64,000 nt of DNA from Candidatus Cloacimonadales bacterium. GTDB taxonomy: Bacteria > Cloacimonadota > Cloacimonadia > Cloacimonadales > JAIOQZ01. This document shows, piece by piece, positions 1-10,301 of the stretch. The notes beneath the pieces are model-generated. The model ran no database searches. It saw only the letters and a program-made list of their open reading frames with translations, and was not told the origin of the DNA. The first letter of the stretch is position 1. Every line of letters starts with the position of its first letter. The stretch is taken from NCBI GenBank assembly GCA_963674825.1, contig OY771587.1, forward strand, positions 224,001-288,000, given 5' to 3'. A program made the translations under genes and the position numbers.

Positions 1-290
1 TGCTCTTCAAGCTCGGTTCCCACTTCATGATGGGACCTCGCGGTGGTGTGGTATTCTATGCACCGTCCTGGCTTGCAGTCGACGGCGATGTTACATTGAC
101 GGCTGACGAACCGGGATTCATCGCTGGTTTCGGTGCTTATGGCGCTTGGAGCAAGATCAAAGTCGGTGGAAGCATCGAGTATCAGACAGGTTCATTCGAT
201 GTAGAAACGGGTGATGGTTGGTACGCCAACGACGATGAGATCGATATCTCGGGTGTAGCGATCCGCCTTGGCGTGACATTTACATTCTAA
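1..290 (+). CDS. Outer-membrane beta-barrel protein, 3' part (5' end outside the window)
   Basis: Frame is open from base 3. Amphipathic strands and a C-terminal ...RLGVTFTF beta-signal ending in Phe. Confidence 0.65.
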   Translation, partial: LFKLGSHFMMGPRGGVVFYAPSWLAVDGDVTLTADEPGFIAGFGAYGAWSKIKVGGSIEYQTGSFDVETGDGWYANDDEIDISGVAIRLGVTFTF

Positions 291-308
291 GCAAGCGAAG
301 TATGTTAT

Positions 309-335
309 AGGCAGCTATATTGGCTGCCTTTTTTA
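309..335. terminator. Intrinsic terminator between convergent genes
   Basis: aggcagc-tatattg-gctgcct hairpin followed by a T run. Confidence 0.6.
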
Positions 336-1010
336 TATCTTCATCGTCGCGAAATTGAGCAGTATCTTTTCGTTCTGTCTAAAATGCGGCTGCGTGACAT
401 CCGAGTGTTGCAGCAGATCGGCCACTTTCGGGTCTTTCAGCACCTTGCGGCGCATCATGTCGCGACCCTGTTCCAGATTGTACTCCGGATGAAACTGCAT
501 GCCGAACACAGGTAGATCCTTGTATTGAAAGGATTCCATACCTACTTTCGCAGAGTGCCCGAGTATTTTGAAATCATCGGTGTAGTGCTCCACCGCTTCA
601 TAGTGCGACATCAACACGACATACGGCTTAGCCATCCCTTCGAAAATCAGCGAAGACTCGAGATTAATCTCGACAAAGCCGAATTCGGCATTCCAGTCGA
701 TGCACTGCACGCCGAGGATTGATCGCGCGATAGACTGATGCCCGTAGCAAATCCCCAAGATACCTTTTTCAGCTCTGATGAACTTCTGAATGGCGTCAGA
801 ACACAAGTCATGGATGATATGCTCGTCGTGATGCATAAGAGAAGACCCTGAGATTAGCATGCGATCGTATCGGTCGATATTGGCCAGAGGTTTGTTATAT
901 TCGTCGAGCTTGATCGTCTCGAACGGTATGTTGTTGCCGGAAAAAATTCGATCCATCGAGTGATCGAAATTACCCGATGGACCTACTATACAATTTAATA
1001 CAAGCAGCAT
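333..1010 (-). CDS. Class I glutamine amidotransferase-like protein
   Basis: GICYGHQ nucleophile elbow and QFHPE give an intact Cys-His-Glu triad; MSHYEAV motif. Confidence 0.9.
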   Translation of the reverse strand: MLLVLNCIVGPSGNFDHSMDRIFSGNNIPFETIKLDEYNKPLANIDRYDRMLISGSSLMHHDEHIIHDLCSDAIQKFIRAEKGILGICYGHQSIARSILGVQCIDWNAEFGFVEINLESSLIFEGMAKPYVVLMSHYEAVEHYTDDFKILGHSAKVGMESFQYKDLPVFGMQFHPEYNLEQGRDMMRRKVLKDPKVADLLQHSDVTQPHFRQNEKILLNFATMKI

Positions 1011-1019
1011 TCGCTGTCC

Positions 1020-1265
1020 TTATTCCTCTTCGCTGTACCCCGAGAATTCTTCGTTTTCTTCTTCTTCATCCTCTTCAGCCAGCTCAGCCTGGTTGTCCAG
1101 CAATTCTTCCATTTCGTCAAAGACGTCCTCGTCCTTGATATCGATATCGTAAATATAATCGCCACCTGTGTACGCGCCTTTTACGATTCTAACTTCCGCA
1201 CCCTCCGGAAGATTATCAAGCACATAGATCACTTCATCCATATACAATCCGGTCAATACAGACAT
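1020..1265 (-). CDS. Small, highly acidic hypothetical protein (81 aa)
   Basis: GGAGG RBS before ATG 1265. Asp/Glu-rich C-terminus. Only 9 nt from the GATase gene. Confidence 0.7.
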   Translation of the reverse strand: MSVLTGLYMDEVIYVLDNLPEGAEVRIVKGAYTGGDYIYDIDIKDEDVFDEMEELLDNQAELAEEDEEEENEEFSGYSEEE

Positions 1266-1503
1266 GGTCGCCTCCTTGATTTTATAGATGCCGCATGTTG
1301 TATATCGATTCGTTTCTGTCAAATAAAATTACGCACGATTCCGTAATCAATGCTATCCGTTATGATCGCAGCATGTTACATCACTCACATAAATGCTCCT
1401 ATGTCACTTAGATTGCCACAACTTTTGTAGAAACCTGCCCACCGATCATCAATTCCATTGACGCAACAAATAGCACCAGCTTTCCTGATTCTGGAGGTAT
1501 AAC

Positions 1504-1971
1504 ATGAAGATCGACATTCCAGGCATGGAAACCATGGAAATCACCGATGTGGTGATGGACTTCAACGGAACCCTCGCTAGCGAAGGCAGATTGATCGATG
1601 GTGTTCGCGAACGCCTTATCGAACTCAGCTCAGAATTGCGTCTGCACGTCGTCACTGCAGATACTTTCGGCAAGGCGACCTCAGAACTCGAGGGTCTTCC
1701 GGTAACCCTCCATATACTGACCCCGGGAGAGCAGTCACGCCAAAAAGCAAGGTACGTTTCAGATTTGGGCACATCGTCAACGATCTGTATCGGAAACGGA
1801 CGCAACGATACCGAAATGTTACAGATTTGCCGGCTGGGATTCGCATTGATTCAGAAAGAGGGTGCAGCATGGGACGCAGTTGCAGCTTCGGACGTAATCT
1901 TCACAAGTATCACGGATGCACTGGATTCACTGTTGAATATTAAATTTCTGCAAGCAACCCTCAGGACATGA
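1504..1971 (+). CDS. HAD-superfamily hydrolase (soluble P-type ATPase-like)
   Basis: DFNGT motif I, TADTFG and IGNGRND motifs; GGAGG RBS. Confidence 0.88.
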   Translation: MKIDIPGMETMEITDVVMDFNGTLASEGRLIDGVRERLIELSSELRLHVVTADTFGKATSELEGLPVTLHILTPGEQSRQKARYVSDLGTSSTICIGNGRNDTEMLQICRLGFALIQKEGAAWDAVAASDVIFTSITDALDSLLNIKFLQATLRT

Positions 1972-2074
1972 GCCCTACTCAATAATTAATTTTCATATCA
2001 TTTATCACTCTAAACCTCTTTTGGACTTCTTTTTGCATGTATTGTGAATGGTTTCACACATCAAAGGAGGAATA

Positions 2075-5000
2075 ATGAACACGAAACTTGTTATTACCGC
2101 AACCCTGATCCTGTTACTGCTTGCGGTAGCAGGGTTTGCACAGGACCAGGGCGGACCTGACACTTTTGGTTACACCTGGAAAAACAGTAATGTGGATGAT
2201 GGACCAGTTTACACTTGGATTGAGCCCAACACCACCAATGATGCAGTAGCCTTGTACACGGAATTTGATGACGACGGAAACACACCCATGATTCCGCTGA
2301 ACTTTAATTTCCCCTACTACGGAAATGTCTATAGTGAAATCTGTATTGGAACGAACGGTATCCTCGGTTTTTCAATCGAAAATATGAGCCATCGTTTCTC
2401 ACAGGATTTCCCGGATGCAACCGAACCGGACAACATTATTGCATGGCTTTACACAGACTTGAATCCTCTCTATACCTGGGCGGATTCGCACTGTTACTTC
2501 GAAAATATCGAATACAACGATCAAGATGCATTCATGATCACATTCGTCGATTACGCGGAGTATTACTATTCCGGAACGTCTCCCGAATACACGGTCGACG
2601 TACAAATCATCCTTTCAGAGAGCGGTGACATCATTTTCAATTATCAGCGGATTGGCACATCGGTAAGCCTTGCCGACGTTTCGATCGGTATGGAGAACGC
2701 AGACGCGACCGATGGTCTTTGCTATGTTTGTGACGATGCAGGATTTTCGATTCCGGATAACTTCGCGATCGAATTCTATCGTCCGGCTGCAACCACGATT
2801 GACCTCGTTGCAAGCTCCATTTCTGGCAATACTACCCCGTCTGTTGGTGCAGACACCGATTACACGATCAGCATCACCAATCAGGGTGTCGAGACACAGT
2901 CCACCTACACCGTTTACTTAAAAGATGCAAACGGCAATGAGCTTGGCTCCGCTGCGGGAACTGAAATTGCTCAGTATGAGTCTGCCGATATCGTCGTAAC
3001 CTGGGCTCCAGAGACTGAAGGCGCGATGGGAATTTACGGTGAAGTAGTCGTTACCGGTGACGAAAACGATACCAATAACACGACCAATGAGATGATCGTA
3101 ACCGTACAACCTCAGGGTATTACCGTTATCTCTCTTGGTACTGATCAAACCACCTCGAACTACATGCCGTTCAACTACTACTATCGCAACAGCCTTTCCG
3201 AGACTATCTTCTATCCGGAGGAGCTCGGGCTTGAAGGCGGTGGCTTGCTCACCGCCATTCAGTTCTACAATCATTTCCCGACTGATGAAACTGTGATCGA
3301 CACAGTCGTCAATATCTGGGTCGGCGAAACAGAACTTAACGATCTCGCTGATGGCTACATTCCATCGACGGACCTCACACAGGTCTTCTCGGGGCTGGTC
3401 AATTTTCCCGCTGGTGAGAACGATATTCTGATCACATTTGATGAGCCCTACGAGTACACTGGTGGCAATCTCGTTATTATGACCCACAGACCATGGGATC
3501 CGAGTTATTATGACTCGAACTGCCATTTCTACTATTCGGTTACTGAAGAATATCCGAATCGTACAGCTTCGAGCCCGGATGACACAACCGAATTCGATCC
3601 GGCAAACCCGCCGACCGATGACCTCACACTGTACGATCGTATCCCAAATATCAGCCTGTTCTTCGACAGCTCTGCTGCAACCGGCGTGACTGGTTATGTA
3701 TATGACGACCAGACTTCACCGATTTCTGGCGCAACTGTCACGATGACCCCGGGTGATGTTGAATTCACAACCGGACCGAGTGGCGCATTCTCGTTCCTCG
3801 GAATTGAACCGGGTACCTATAGCTTTGAAGCTGTGGCTGAAGGCTATGTCACCGATACCATCGAAGACGTTGTCGTTACCGAAGGCGAAACCTCTGAGAT
3901 CACCTTCTTCCTCGATCCTGTTATGACCGTGACCATCACTGTCACAACAAACGCAGGTTCACCTGAAGGCGCAGAACTCGTTTTCAGCAATGGCACCGAT
4001 ACCTACGAAGAAACTGTGCCTGAAGATGGAATCATCCACTTCTATGAAATCGCAAACGGAACCTACACCCTCGGTATCACGCTCGAAGGTTTCAGCTACT
4101 ACTATGATGACAGCGTCGCTATCGACGGCATGACCGACATCGATGTAGAGCTCACAGAAACGACCGAACCTCCGACCAATCTCGAATGCGATGATGAAGC
4201 CTACTTCACATGGGAAGCTCCAGCAGATCCGGACATGCTTGTTCGCAGCACATCTGCCCGTAAGCAGATCGTCCAGAACGTAACCCGCAACACCAAGGGA
4301 ACCCGTCAGGAGATACTGGATCGTCCGCTTCAGAACTATCGTGTGTACCTTGATGGCACATTCTTATCCACTACCAACAACCTGAACTACCAGTTCGAAA
4401 CAGAAGGCATGACCGTAGGCCAGACCTACACCGCCGGTGTTTCGGCTCAATATGTCAGCGGCGAATCTGAAATCGTCACCGTTGACTTCATCTATGGTTA
4501 CGAAGAACTCTACGCGCCAATCAACGTCGCTTGCGATTCGCTTGGTCACCTGACCTGGGAATCCGGTCAACCGGCTTCTCTTCTTCGCAAGAACGCTGGT
4601 TCGAAAGACGTTCAGACTATGGATCGTGACTTCATCCAGTATCGCGTATATCTGGACGACGAATATGTCGACTGGACACTTGCTACCGAATTCACATTTG
4701 ATGACCTCGAAGTGAACACCACTTACACGGCTGGCGTTTCCGCGTTCTATACCGCCGGTAACTCCGAAATCATCGAAGTCGAATTCATCTATATGCCTGC
4801 AAGTACCAGCCAGACTGATGTGACTCCTGCGACCACCGCGATCGTGGGTAACTTCCCGAATCCGTTCAATCCGGAAACAACCATTCAGTTCTCCACCTCC
4901 AAGCCGGGCCATACTACCCTCACTATCTTCAACGTGAAGGGTCAGAAGGTGAAAACGCTTGTTGACGCGAACCTGGATGCAAACGTTCATAGCGTTATCT

Positions 5001-5110
5001 GGAATGGACAGGATAACAGCGGCAAGAATGTCACCAGTGGTGTCTACTACGCCGTTCTAAAAGCAGCTGGCGAAAATCCCGCTGTTCAGAAAATGATCCT
5101 GCTGAAGTAA
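2075..5110 (+). CDS. Large secreted protein: GGPDxFGY N-domain, CARDB, carboxypeptidase-regulatory-like and FN3-like modules, C-terminal FlgD-Ig/T9SS-type sorting domain
   Basis: AAGGAGG RBS and signal peptide. GDENDTNN (CARDB), PISGATV...GTYSF (CarboxypepD_reg-like), C-terminal NFPNPFNPETTI...IFNVKGQKV...WNG...KMILLK. Confidence 0.85.
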   Translation: MNTKLVITATLILLLLAVAGFAQDQGGPDTFGYTWKNSNVDDGPVYTWIEPNTTNDAVALYTEFDDDGNTPMIPLNFNFPYYGNVYSEICIGTNGILGFSIENMSHRFSQDFPDATEPDNIIAWLYTDLNPLYTWADSHCYFENIEYNDQDAFMITFVDYAEYYYSGTSPEYTVDVQIILSESGDIIFNYQRIGTSVSLADVSIGMENADATDGLCYVCDDAGFSIPDNFAIEFYRPAATTIDLVASSISGNTTPSVGADTDYTISITNQGVETQSTYTVYLKDANGNELGSAAGTEIAQYESADIVVTWAPETEGAMGIYGEVVVTGDENDTNNTTNEMIVTVQPQGITVISLGTDQTTSNYMPFNYYYRNSLSETIFYPEELGLEGGGLLTAIQFYNHFPTDETVIDTVVNIWVGETELNDLADGYIPSTDLTQVFSGLVNFPAGENDILITFDEPYEYTGGNLVIMTHRPWDPSYYDSNCHFYYSVTEEYPNRTASSPDDTTEFDPANPPTDDLTLYDRIPNISLFFDSSAATGVTGYVYDDQTSPISGATVTMTPGDVEFTTGPSGAFSFLGIEPGTYSFEAVAEGYVTDTIEDVVVTEGETSEITFFLDPVMTVTITVTTNAGSPEGAELVFSNGTDTYEETVPEDGIIHFYEIANGTYTLGITLEGFSYYYDDSVAIDGMTDIDVELTETTEPPTNLECDDEAYFTWEAPADPDMLVRSTSARKQIVQNVTRNTKGTRQEILDRPLQNYRVYLDGTFLSTTNNLNYQFETEGMTVGQTYTAGVSAQYVSGESEIVTVDFIYGYEELYAPINVACDSLGHLTWESGQPASLLRKNAGSKDVQTMDRDFIQYRVYLDDEYVDWTLATEFTFDDLEVNTTYTAGVSAFYTAGNSEIIEVEFIYMPASTSQTDVTPATTAIVGNFPNPFNPETTIQFSTSKPGHTTLTIFNVKGQKVKTLVDANLDANVHSVIWNGQDNSGKNVTSGVYYAVLKAAGENPAVQKMILLK

Positions 5111-5129
5111 TCGGCAGTCACTCAATATC

Positions 5130-5161
5130 AAAGCCGCTCCAAATAGGAGCGGCTTTTTTTT
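5130..5161 (+). terminator. Rho-independent terminator
   Basis: aaagccgctcc-aaata-ggagcggcttttttt. Confidence 0.85.
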
Positions 5162-5300
5162 ATTGTGAAGGTTACCCAGACGGCCGCGCTGTAGATTCGT
5201 TCGATCGCACCGGCCGTGGTGTTACACGACGAAGGCGTGTTCATTCACGGCGTGCGGGATCGGGCGAATATGCACGTGGCTGCAATCTGTAAAATACCAC

Positions 5301-5345
5301 TCCCTTCTCCTTCTCCCGAATGTGGGAGAAGGCTCGGGTGAGGGC
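5301..5345. repeat. REP-like palindromic element
   Basis: ccttctccc-gaatgt-gggagaagg hairpin plus a gggtgaggg tail, between convergent genes. Confidence 0.45.
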
Positions 5346-5384
5346 CTCACTCTTAAATAAACACGAAGAATGTACCCAAAGCAC

Positions 5385-5415
5385 AAAAAAAGCCCAAGGT
5401 GAAAACCCTGGGCTT
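5385..5415 (-). terminator. Rho-independent terminator of the ferredoxin/beta-barrel operon
   Basis: Minus strand aagcccaggg-ttttca-ccttgggct-tttttt, 21 nt after the stop at 5437. Confidence 0.8.
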
Positions 5416-5436
5416 GTATCAAGATATTCTAACGAA

Positions 5437-6603
5437 TCAGAATCCGTATTCGATATTCAGGCTATGGACGGTCGTATCGTCCACGTACCTGGCATCGATA
5501 ACAGAAAAACCATAATAAACGCGAGTCTTGTATCGTGGCAGATAATAGGACAAATCGACACCCGCTTTGTATTCGTTCATGCGATCGCTGCCAAAATAGC
5601 GGTGATAAGCACCGTAGAGACTGAACGGACCAAAGTAGTACATCATCCCCATTCGAGCGATGGTAACATTCTCATTAAAGTGAGTCTTGATCGCGACCAG
5701 AAAGCGGTCGATGTGGTTGTCCTTATCGAAATTGAGATTATGCTGCAAGATACCCTCGTAGAAACCATTTCCCCACGCTTTCTGACTGTCGTCCTCGTTA
5801 TACCAGTATTGCTCTGTCACGCGGTTGATCATCATCCAATCGTGGAAATATTTACTGGTAATGCGCAGATCAGCCTCGCCGTACCAGGGCAGGTTTTCAT
5901 AAGCATCGGTGTTCACGGCAGCGAGCTCGATCTGCACCGTATGCACGGCATCGACCTTCTTCAGCATGCGGTTACCGAAACGAGTCTCGGTGTAATCGTA
6001 GGTATCGATATCGTTCATGTCGTTGAAATGCTGGACTTCCACAAACGGCTTCACCCAGTCGGTGAATTTATAGGCGATGCTCGCCTTGCCGTAACCGTCG
6101 CTGTCGATCCAGTAGTCTTCATCCTTGACCATCTCGTTGGTTGCGGCGTCGTACCGGTAACGGTCGTAGTAATTAGCCAGAAACTTCGCTTCCAGCATCG
6201 TTTCGAGTCCATTCCAGGTTCCAAACCAATCCAGTCCGCCGGAATATGAACTCTTCAGCAGAAACTGATCATCTGCGCCGACGATACGGGTCTCAAAATC
6301 GTCTTTGCTGTAGTTTTGCAGGCCGAACCAGGTGGAAATGTAGTAGTTGTCCGAGTATAAAGCGAGTCTCAGCTTATCACGAAGATAGGTACGCTTGTAA
6401 TCGCGTTCGAGTTCGTCATCGCTGTTACTTACCTTGGCATAAAGTGTGTTGGTCAGTTCAAGGCCGTCGCCACCGATACGCTCGAAATCGTACAAGCGTT
6501 CCATGAAGCCTTCGCGGCTATCCGATTCGATGCTGAGTGTTGCTTGCCGTGCGTAAAGAAAACCAGCACTCAGGATTGCGATGAGGATAATCAGCTTTCT
6601 CAT
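5437..6603 (-). CDS. Predicted outer-membrane beta-barrel protein (388 aa)
   Basis: Signal peptide MRKLIILIAILSAGFLYA. Alternating aromatic-rich strands; ends SLNIEYGF. ATGA overlap with the upstream gene. Confidence 0.7.
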   Translation of the reverse strand: MRKLIILIAILSAGFLYARQATLSIESDSREGFMERLYDFERIGGDGLELTNTLYAKVSNSDDELERDYKRTYLRDKLRLALYSDNYYISTWFGLQNYSKDDFETRIVGADDQFLLKSSYSGGLDWFGTWNGLETMLEAKFLANYYDRYRYDAATNEMVKDEDYWIDSDGYGKASIAYKFTDWVKPFVEVQHFNDMNDIDTYDYTETRFGNRMLKKVDAVHTVQIELAAVNTDAYENLPWYGEADLRITSKYFHDWMMINRVTEQYWYNEDDSQKAWGNGFYEGILQHNLNFDKDNHIDRFLVAIKTHFNENVTIARMGMMYYFGPFSLYGAYHRYFGSDRMNEYKAGVDLSYYLPRYKTRVYYGFSVIDARYVDDTTVHSLNIEYGF

Positions 6604-6872
6604 TGAATCGCATCCTTCGGGCAGATGGACACGCATTCGCCGCACTGTTTGCATCGTGTCTGGATGATCATCGGTTTCTCGCCATCGTATAGAATCGCGT
6701 TGTATGGGCATACATCAACGCAGCGTCCACATGCGATACAGGCGTCTTCATCGATCTGATAGAACGCGGACGGTGAAGCTGAGGTTGTGATAGTATCTTT
6801 CTTGTCGCAGGCAACGATGAACGCGCCTAATACAGCGATCATGATGAGCGAATAGATCATGAACTTTCTCAT
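6600..6872 (-). CDS. Lipoprotein 2x[4Fe-4S] ferredoxin-like protein
   Basis: Lipobox FIVA-C(DKKD); CIACGRCVDVCP and CKQCGECVSICP; ATGA overlaps at both ends. Confidence 0.85.
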   Translation of the reverse strand: MRKFMIYSLIMIAVLGAFIVACDKKDTITTSASPSAFYQIDEDACIACGRCVDVCPYNAILYDGEKPMIIQTRCKQCGECVSICPKDAIQ

Positions 6873-7105
6873 TTGATCGCTCCGAAGGTGCAGGTTGTCG
6901 TGCAGAGCTTGCAATCGATGCACTTCGATTCGTCGATCATGGCTTTACCAGAGTGAACTTGAATCGCCTTGACCGGGCAGGCTTTGACGCAGTCACCGCA
7001 ACCCGTACAGTCAATGCGCGATACTTCCGGCTTGTTCTGGACCGCGGCGATCAGCATCGTAAACGCGACCAGCAGAATCATCGAGATGATAGCAATACGT
7101 TTCAT
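6869..7105 (-). CDS. Signal-peptide-bearing 2x[4Fe-4S] ferredoxin-like protein
   Basis: MKRIAIISMILLVAFTMLIAA leader; CTGCGDCVKACP and CIDCKLCTTTCT; AAAGGA RBS. Confidence 0.85.
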   Translation of the reverse strand: MKRIAIISMILLVAFTMLIAAVQNKPEVSRIDCTGCGDCVKACPVKAIQVHSGKAMIDESKCIDCKLCTTTCTFGAIK

Positions 7106-7121
7106 GAGCATCCTTTATCGG

Positions 7122-10100
7122 TTAATTATTATAAGCAACAACACCCGGATCGATAGCGTTATAAGGGCAATAGGGCTCGCAATCGCCACAACCGATGCAG
7201 AGATCAGGATTGATCAGCTTGTAAGGGCCTGCATCGTATATCGCATCCTGATCGCAACGGTTGATACAGTTATTGCAATCATGGCAGCGATTCGTGGTGA
7301 TCTTATAAACAATTTTGCCGGCAGGAGAATTGGAGCAGCCGCTCACATTTCCGATCTCGTCGTAAGTCTTGATGGCGAAGTAGACAAGTTCGCCTTCGTC
7401 CAGACCGTTGATGTTGCATGTCTGCGTGGTTCCCGCGGCAGCAGGATCGGGCGGACTGGAGAACAGCGTCGCGCTTGCCCAGTTTGCTTCCGTGATGGCG
7501 GAACTGGAATATCGGATCTCATAATGATCGGCAGTTCCGGTTGCGCCGTCATCCCCGGGAGCGGTCCAACTGATACGGATGGTGGACATATTGACGTAGG
7601 TTGTCGTCACGGTCAGGTTATCGATTGTCTCAGGCGCAGTCGTGTCGTCTCCCAACGTCAAATCAACAATGTTGGATATCTGGGACTGGTTGTCTGCGTC
7701 GTCAGTTGTCTTGATTCCGAAATAATATTGAACATCGGATGACAAGCCGGTCACCGTATATTGCTGCTGCGTTCCCGCAACTGCCGGTGTCGGTGGATCA
7801 GACAGAAGTGTCGCGCTTCCCCAGTTTGTTTCATCGATAATCGTCGTAGCATAGCGGATTTCATAGCTTTCCGCAGTGCCAGTGTTTCCATCATCGCCAG
7901 GCGCAGTCCATGAAAGGAGCGCATCGTTTCCAGATTGTATAGCTTCCAGATCGTCAATATCTGCCGGTGCGGTGGTATCGAATATTCCGGATTCTGCAAC
8001 GTTGGAGATCTGGGCAATATTACCGCCGTTGTCGGTAGCTTTTATCGCGAAATAGAGGGTGACATCCTGTTCCGGTGAAACGACCGTATATTGTTGCGTC
8101 GTTCCAGCTTCGAGCGGATCAGGCGGATTATCGAGCGTCTCGGCATCTTGCCAATTGCTTTCTGTAATCTGCTGCGTGGACATGCGGATCTCATACGATT
8201 CAGCGGTGCCGGTATCGGCATCGTCGCCTGGTGCGGTCCACTGAAGCGTGATATCCGAACCATCGACTGCTGCTTGAAGATCGGCGATCGCAGAAGGCGC
8301 AGTGTCGTCCACAATTTCCGCATTCGCAATATTGGAAAGAGAAGAAACGTTCGCAGCGTCGTCAAATGCCTTGATCGCGAAAAAATAACTTGTATTATCA
8401 TTGGCGCTAAGCCACTCGAATTGCTGCTGTGTTCCGGATTCTTCCGGTGATGGCAGGCCTGTGAGTAGTGTTGCGTTTGTCCAGTTATCGTCATTGATAG
8501 AACTTTCCGATACGCGGATTTCATAGTACGCCGCGGTTCCAGTATCCTCATCGTCACCCGTAGCGGTCCAGGTCAGCATTATCGACTGTCCCTGGGCGAC
8601 AGCGGCGAGGTCGTCGATCTGTGAAGGAGCAGTTGTGTCCGCGTTCGAGTTGGTCTCACCCTGTGCGATATTGGATAAGTTGCTTACGTTCTCCATCTCG
8701 TCCATAGCCTTGATGGCAAACCAGTACGCGGTTTCCGGTTCAAGTCCGGTTACGATTATACTTTCCTGAGTCCCTGCAGGTTGAGGCGTAATCATCTCGT
8801 CAATCGCGCCGATACTGTTCCAGTTGCTGTCGGTTATCGGTTCGGTATAGACTTTGATGATATAGCTTGAAGCTGTACCGGTATCGCCGTCATCGCCGGG
8901 AGCTGTCCAGCGGATTTGCGCCGTGGAAGCCGACGTGTTGGTAACCGTAAGATCATCGACCGCAGAAGGTGCGATGTGATCAGGGATGGCGGATGTTTCA
9001 GCCGATACGACGTTGGATAGCGTCGATTGGTTCTCGCTATTATCGATCGCCTTAACGGCAAAGTAGTAGGTTGTGCTGCTTGTAAGGCCGGTAACCATGA
9101 GCATTTCCGATACTCCAGCCATTTGTGGATCGAGATCGTTGTCGAATGTAGTTGCCTGGGCCCAGTTCTGTGGCGTGATTTCCGATGTGGAATAGCGCAC
9201 GATGTACGCATCTGCTGTACCTGTTGTTCCATCATCTCCCACGGCTGTCCAGCGAAGCGAGATCGATTCCATCTCGATAGTCTCGACTTGCAGCGTGGTA
9301 ATCTGCGCCGGAGCAGTTGTATCCGGGCTGAAAGACGCCTGTGCGTTGTTGGAGACACCTGATTCGTTATCACTGCTGTCGTAAGCACGGATGGCGAAGT
9401 AGTGAATCGCTTGATCAGGCATATCGGTAACCATGAAGCTCTCGGGTGTACCGGCTTCGGACGGGGTGATATCGCTTTCGACCAAAGTTGCTTGCAACCA
9501 TGTCGCATCAGTGATGGCACTGCTCGCATAGCGAATCTCGTAGCGATCTGCGGTGCCTTCGTCGCCATCATCGCCGGGAGCAGTCCAAAGCAGCGTGATC
9601 TGATCCTCGTCGGAAAGCGCTGTAAGGTCTTCGATCGCTGCCGGAGCTGTTTCATCCGCTGCTTCGTCGGAGATCATGACGGAAATAGTCTGCGACTTCG
9701 CATATTGACCGCAATCGTCGAACGCGTGCACTGCAACCTGAACCGTCTGCTGCGGTGTCAGGCCAGAGATATGCCAGGTTTCGGTGAGACCGGCAATCTT
9801 GGGTGGATTGGGAGCAAAATTGTTTTGGATCGCGGTTCCGCTGGCGGTTTTAAGTATGAGCTCATAGCGCCAGGCAATACCCGAAGTGGAGTCATCGCCG
9901 GTTGCAGTGAACTGGATATCCAGCGTTCCGATTGAATCGGAGATTGCGCACAAATCGGTTATTGGAGAAGGCGCGATGGTATCTTCTGTGTATGTAAACG
10001 CGTCGTATTGGCATTGGAAATCGGTAATACAGCGCATGCACTGGACGCATTTATCAGGATCGATGGTCGCTGTCCCGCGGACTTCATCAATGTAGATCGC

Positions 10101-10298
10101 ATTCTGCGGACAATGGAATTCTTCGATACACTCGTAGCAGGCAGTACAATTCGAGTATTCGATGCGGACATCGCCATCGTTACTTGCGTTCTTGCTTATA
10201 TCATCGGTGCAGTAAAAGAGGAGCAATGAAAGAAACGGTAGCAGGAACAGCAGTAAACGATGTTTACGGTTTGCATGCTGAGAAGTTTGTTTGCGCAT
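7122..10298 (-). CDS. Lipoprotein: ferredoxin domain - 8x fibronectin type III-like repeats - ferredoxin domain (1058 aa)
   Basis: Hydrophobic leader ending LLFY-C(TDD). N-terminal [14 protein letters not shown] and [13 protein letters not shown]. Eight DxxAP...WTAxGDD...Y.IR repeats. C-terminal [11 protein letters not shown] and [12 protein letters not shown]. Confidence 0.88.
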   Translation of the reverse strand: MRKQTSQHANRKHRLLLFLLPFLSLLLFYCTDDISKNASNDGDVRIEYSNCTACYECIEEFHCPQNAIYIDEVRGTATIDPDKCVQCMRCITDFQCQYDAFTYTEDTIAPSPITDLCAISDSIGTLDIQFTATGDDSTSGIAWRYELILKTASGTAIQNNFAPNPPKIAGLTETWHISGLTPQQTVQVAVHAFDDCGQYAKSQTISVMISDEAADETAPAAIEDLTALSDEDQITLLWTAPGDDGDEGTADRYEIRYASSAITDATWLQATLVESDITPSEAGTPESFMVTDMPDQAIHYFAIRAYDSSDNESGVSNNAQASFSPDTTAPAQITTLQVETIEMESISLRWTAVGDDGTTGTADAYIVRYSTSEITPQNWAQATTFDNDLDPQMAGVSEMLMVTGLTSSTTYYFAVKAIDNSENQSTLSNVVSAETSAIPDHIAPSAVDDLTVTNTSASTAQIRWTAPGDDGDTGTASSYIIKVYTEPITDSNWNSIGAIDEMITPQPAGTQESIIVTGLEPETAYWFAIKAMDEMENVSNLSNIAQGETNSNADTTAPSQIDDLAAVAQGQSIMLTWTATGDDEDTGTAAYYEIRVSESSINDDNWTNATLLTGLPSPEESGTQQQFEWLSANDNTSYFFAIKAFDDAANVSSLSNIANAEIVDDTAPSAIADLQAAVDGSDITLQWTAPGDDADTGTAESYEIRMSTQQITESNWQDAETLDNPPDPLEAGTTQQYTVVSPEQDVTLYFAIKATDNGGNIAQISNVAESGIFDTTAPADIDDLEAIQSGNDALLSWTAPGDDGNTGTAESYEIRYATTIIDETNWGSATLLSDPPTPAVAGTQQQYTVTGLSSDVQYYFGIKTTDDADNQSQISNIVDLTLGDDTTAPETIDNLTVTTTYVNMSTIRISWTAPGDDGATGTADHYEIRYSSSAITEANWASATLFSSPPDPAAAGTTQTCNINGLDEGELVYFAIKTYDEIGNVSGCSNSPAGKIVYKITTNRCHDCNNCINRCDQDAIYDAGPYKLINPDLCIGCGDCEPYCPYNAIDPGVVAYNN
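7320..9983 (-). repeat. Eight tandem ~110-aa FN3-like coding repeats
   Basis: Repeat starts DTIAP, DETAP, DTTAP, DHIAP, DTTAP, DDTAP, DTTAP, DTTAP, each with (W/F)TA(P/T/V)GDD. Confidence 0.85.
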
Positions 10299-10301
10299 GA
10301 C

